The position numbers and the translations under genes are program-made. From a bacterium (GTDB taxonomy: Bacteria > Desulfobacterota > Binatia > UBA12015): DNA of 25,189 nt. Shown here one piece after another: positions 23,305-25,189 of this stretch (positions are counted from its first letter, which is position 1; every line of letters begins with the position of its first letter). Under the pieces are notes generated by a model, which made no database searches, was not told the origin of the DNA, and was given only the letters and a program-made list of their open reading frames with translations. The stretch lies in assembly GCA_018970825.1 (NCBI GenBank), contig JAGWVP010000001.1, forward strand, positions 1 through 25,189. The letters run 5' to 3'.

Positions 23305-23751
23305 GTGAGCGACAAGAACGACGAGGGAGCGCCCGGGGCGAGCGGGCCGCTCGCTTCTCCCCGGCCCGAGCAGGCGAAGGCCGGCGCGCCGCAGGGCCAG
23401 GCCGCGACCGCGGCGCCCGAGCCCGAACTCCGCACGATCGACGAGTTCGTGCGCTTCGAGTTCAAGGTCGGCACGATCCGCTCCGCGGAAGCCCATCCCA
23501 AGGCCGATCGGCTGGTCGTCCTGCAGGTCGATCTCGGCGAGGAGGCTCCCCGCCAGATCGTCGCGGGCATCCGGGCCGCCTACGCCCCCGAGGAGCTCGT
23601 CGGGCGCCAGGTGGTCGTCGTCGCGAACCTGCGCCCCGCGATGCTGCGCGGGATCGAGAGCCGCGGCATGCTGCTCGCGGCGAGCGACGCGGAAGGTCTC
23701 GCCCTCGTGCGCCCGGAGCGCCCGACCGCCCCGGGGTCGAAGGTCAAGTAG
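23305..23751 (+). CDS. Stand-alone tRNA-binding OB-fold protein (MetRS C-terminal domain / Trbp111-like)
   Basis: TIDEF..FKVGTI..AE.HPKADRL.VLQVDLGE..RQIVAGI..Y.PEELVGRQVVVVANL.PA.LRGIESRGMLLAA. GTG 23305 with GGAGG upstream; ~40-aa Ala/Pro-rich N-terminal extension. Confidence 0.88.
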   Translation: MSDKNDEGAPGASGPLASPRPEQAKAGAPQGQAATAAPEPELRTIDEFVRFEFKVGTIRSAEAHPKADRLVVLQVDLGEEAPRQIVAGIRAAYAPEELVGRQVVVVANLRPAMLRGIESRGMLLAASDAEGLALVRPERPTAPGSKVK

Positions 23752-24484
23752 CCGCGCGCCGCGGGGCCGGTCGAGCCGAGCTCCGGGGTCGCACCTTCGG
23801 CGTCCCCGACGAGGGGCGTCGAAGCGCGACCTTCTTCGCACCCGCGGAGGTCGACCGAGACCGTTCGGCCGTGGAGGCCGGCGGTCCGAGGTTCGCGAGG
23901 AAGATCCCCGCACAACGGACCCAGTCCTCGAAGCCCCCGGTCGTGTCGGGATCGATCTCCGCCAGCACGCGTCCGAAGGTGTAGGCCCGTGCGAAGGACG
24001 CGACGGCGCGGGCATCGATGTCGGAGCGGAACAGTCCCTTCTCCTGCGCCGCCCGGACCACCGCGGTGAAGGCGGCCTGCGTCTGCCGCTGCTGCTCGAC
24101 GAAAGCCCGCCGCAACTCGGGCCGGGTGCGCGAGGTGGCGATGAACTCGGCGAGGAACTGGCGGTTCCTCTCGCGCTCCGGCCCGAAGACGTCGCGAGCG
24201 AAGGCCTCGTGGAGTCGCACGAAGGTCTGGACGTCCGGGCTCGCGTCGACCATGTCCATGAGCGCCTGGCTGTCGACCACGCCGAAGCGTTCGAGACGCT
24301 CGAACATGACCGCCTCGAGCAGACCCTCGCGGCTGCCGAAATGGCGGTAGAGGAGGGCGACCGAACACCCGGCCCGGCTCGCCACGTCGTGGACGCGGAG
24401 AGCCGCCTCGCCACCCTTCTCCACCGCCTTCACGGCGGCGTCGAGGATCGCTCGTGCGAGCCGGGTGGGGCCGGCGGACGCCAT
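23744..24484 (-). CDS. TetR/AcrR-family transcriptional regulator
   Basis: ILDAAVKAVEKGGEAALRVHDVASRAGCSVALLYRHFGSREGLL HTH; VVRAAQEKGLFRSDID C-terminal pattern. Confidence 0.92.
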   Translation of the reverse strand: MASAGPTRLARAILDAAVKAVEKGGEAALRVHDVASRAGCSVALLYRHFGSREGLLEAVMFERLERFGVVDSQALMDMVDASPDVQTFVRLHEAFARDVFGPERERNRQFLAEFIATSRTRPELRRAFVEQQRQTQAAFTAVVRAAQEKGLFRSDIDARAVASFARAYTFGRVLAEIDPDTTGGFEDWVRCAGIFLANLGPPASTAERSRSTSAGAKKVALRRPSSGTPKVRPRSSARPAPRRAAT

Positions 24485-24492
24485 CGGCCGCG

Positions 24493-24525
24493 TTTCAACA
24501 CCGCTGCCCGAGGCAGGTCAAGACC
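24493..24525 (-). promoter_or_regulatory. Putative tetR promoter with embedded inverted repeats
   Basis: Minus strand TTGACC (24521-24516), 17 nt, TTGAAA, 8 nt, ATG. The spacer holds the IR CTGCC-CGA-GGCAG (24504-24516), and GGTC-AA-GACC overlaps the -35. The -10 match is poor. Confidence 0.4.
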
Positions 24526-24541
24526 GGGAATCGCGCCCGCT

Positions 24542-25072
24542 TCACGGTCCGTCCGCGGGCCCTCCCGCCGCGGCGATGGCGCGCTCCATCCACAGGACGT
24601 CCCAGAAGCGGCCGTGCTTGCGTCCGCACTCGCCGAAGCGGCCGACCACGGAGAACCCGAGTCGTTCGTGGAGGGCGACGCTCGCCGCGTTGGGCAGGGT
24701 GATCGCCGCCAGCGCCCGGTGGACGTCCTCCCCCCGCAAGGCCTCGAAGAGGGCCCGGTAGAGGATCGTTCCCATCCCCCGGCCGGTGCAGGCGGGATCG
24801 AGGTAGACCGACGTCTCGACGGTGGCGTCGAACCCCCGGCGCGGCCGGAACGTGGAACTCGCGGCCCACCCCGCGACCTCGCCCGCTCGCTCGAGGACGA
24901 TCAGCCGGTGGCGCCCCGTCGGGCCGTGGCGCTCGAACCAGTCACGCCGCTCGTCGAGGGTCACCGGTTCGAGGTCGAGGGTCCAGGCCGACTCCCGGAC
25001 CCAGTGGGCGTAGATGGCGGTGATCCGTTCGAGGTCGTCCGTGCGACCGGGTCGGAGGACGGGTGTCTCCAT
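24542..25072 (-). CDS. GNAT N-acetyltransferase, YncA/Pat (phosphinothricin / methionine-sulfoximine acetyltransferase-like)
   Basis: LRP...DLERITAIY, ETSVYLDP..TGRGMGT.LY..L, ITLPNAASVALHERLGF..VG.F.ECGRKHGRFWDV.WME. Confidence 0.88.
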   Translation of the reverse strand: METPVLRPGRTDDLERITAIYAHWVRESAWTLDLEPVTLDERRDWFERHGPTGRHRLIVLERAGEVAGWAASSTFRPRRGFDATVETSVYLDPACTGRGMGTILYRALFEALRGEDVHRALAAITLPNAASVALHERLGFSVVGRFGECGRKHGRFWDVLWMERAIAAAGGPADGP

Positions 25073-25111
25073 CGGGCTCGATGGCCGGGGGCGACGGCGC
25101 GGGCGACCCGC

Positions 25112-25189
25112 TCAACCCGCCGAGCGCTCGAGCCCCGCGTGTCGCAGGAGCGCCTCGGTGCTCGGCTCGCGCCCCCGGAAGTCGCGGAA
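25112..25189 (-). CDS. M3-family oligopeptidase (oligopeptidase A/PrlC-like), C-terminal fragment
   Basis: Minus strand reads FRDFRGREPSTEALLRHAGLERSAG*, matching the F..FRGR.PS..ALLRH.G terminus of M3A peptidases. Only 25 aa visible; not in the ORF track. Confidence 0.75.
   Translation of the reverse strand, partial: FRDFRGREPSTEALLRHAGLERSAG

Noticed and set aside
23264-23308. Thr-rich micro-ORF as a thr-type attenuator leader
   Set aside because: No terminator/antiterminator structure follows and the downstream gene is not threonine-biosynthetic; kept only as a possible coupling relay.
23305-23751. CsaA export chaperone call
   Set aside because: It has MetRS-C/Trbp111-type RQIVAGI and ANL.PA.LRG.ES.GM.LAA, not CsaA-type SSAQIT and VNFPPKQI motifs.
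1-25189. RNA genes, CRISPR arrays, IS/integrase/phage genes
   Set aside because: Intergenic gaps are all under about 175 nt with no tRNA-like or repeat-spacer pattern, and no transposase or integrase motifs were seen.

Overview
Very GC-rich (roughly 70-75% by eye), densely coding bacterial chromosomal segment made mostly of housekeeping and envelope/bioenergetic genes. I found no rRNA, tRNA, CRISPR array or mobile element. Order: 3' end of a LysR-type regulator; PadR regulator (-); F420-type LLM oxidoreductase (-); archaeal/fungal-type asd; two ArnT/GT-C membrane glycosyltransferases; two UPF0104/LPG-synthase-TM membrane proteins; CDP-alcohol phosphatidyltransferase (-); zinc-ribbon/TM/TPR protein; complete 7-gene mrpABCDEFG cation/H+ antiporter; purE; murF; uppP (-); ccmE-ccmF-ccmH-ccmI-like cytochrome c maturation operon; stand-alone MetRS-C/Trbp111 tRNA-binding protein; TetR (-); YncA/Pat-type GNAT (-); 3' end of an M3 oligopeptidase (-). 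The gene variants suggest a Myxococcota/Binatota-like 'deltaproteobacterial' host (inference only). The most interesting signals are: (1) an atypical Ccm system with CxxxY-type CcmE, a five-Cys CcmH carrying a twin-arginine-like signal, and what looks like a CcmI split into two genes, each with a double zinc ribbon at the split point; (2) an Mrp antiporter with several substitutions at normally conserved ion-pathway motifs; (3) a GT-C/flippase/phosphatidyltransferase cluster whose two GT-C enzymes both lack the usual first catalytic Asp. Family calls come from motifs I recognise from memory, not from database searches. Most long ORFs in the supplied track are GC-driven shadow frames.
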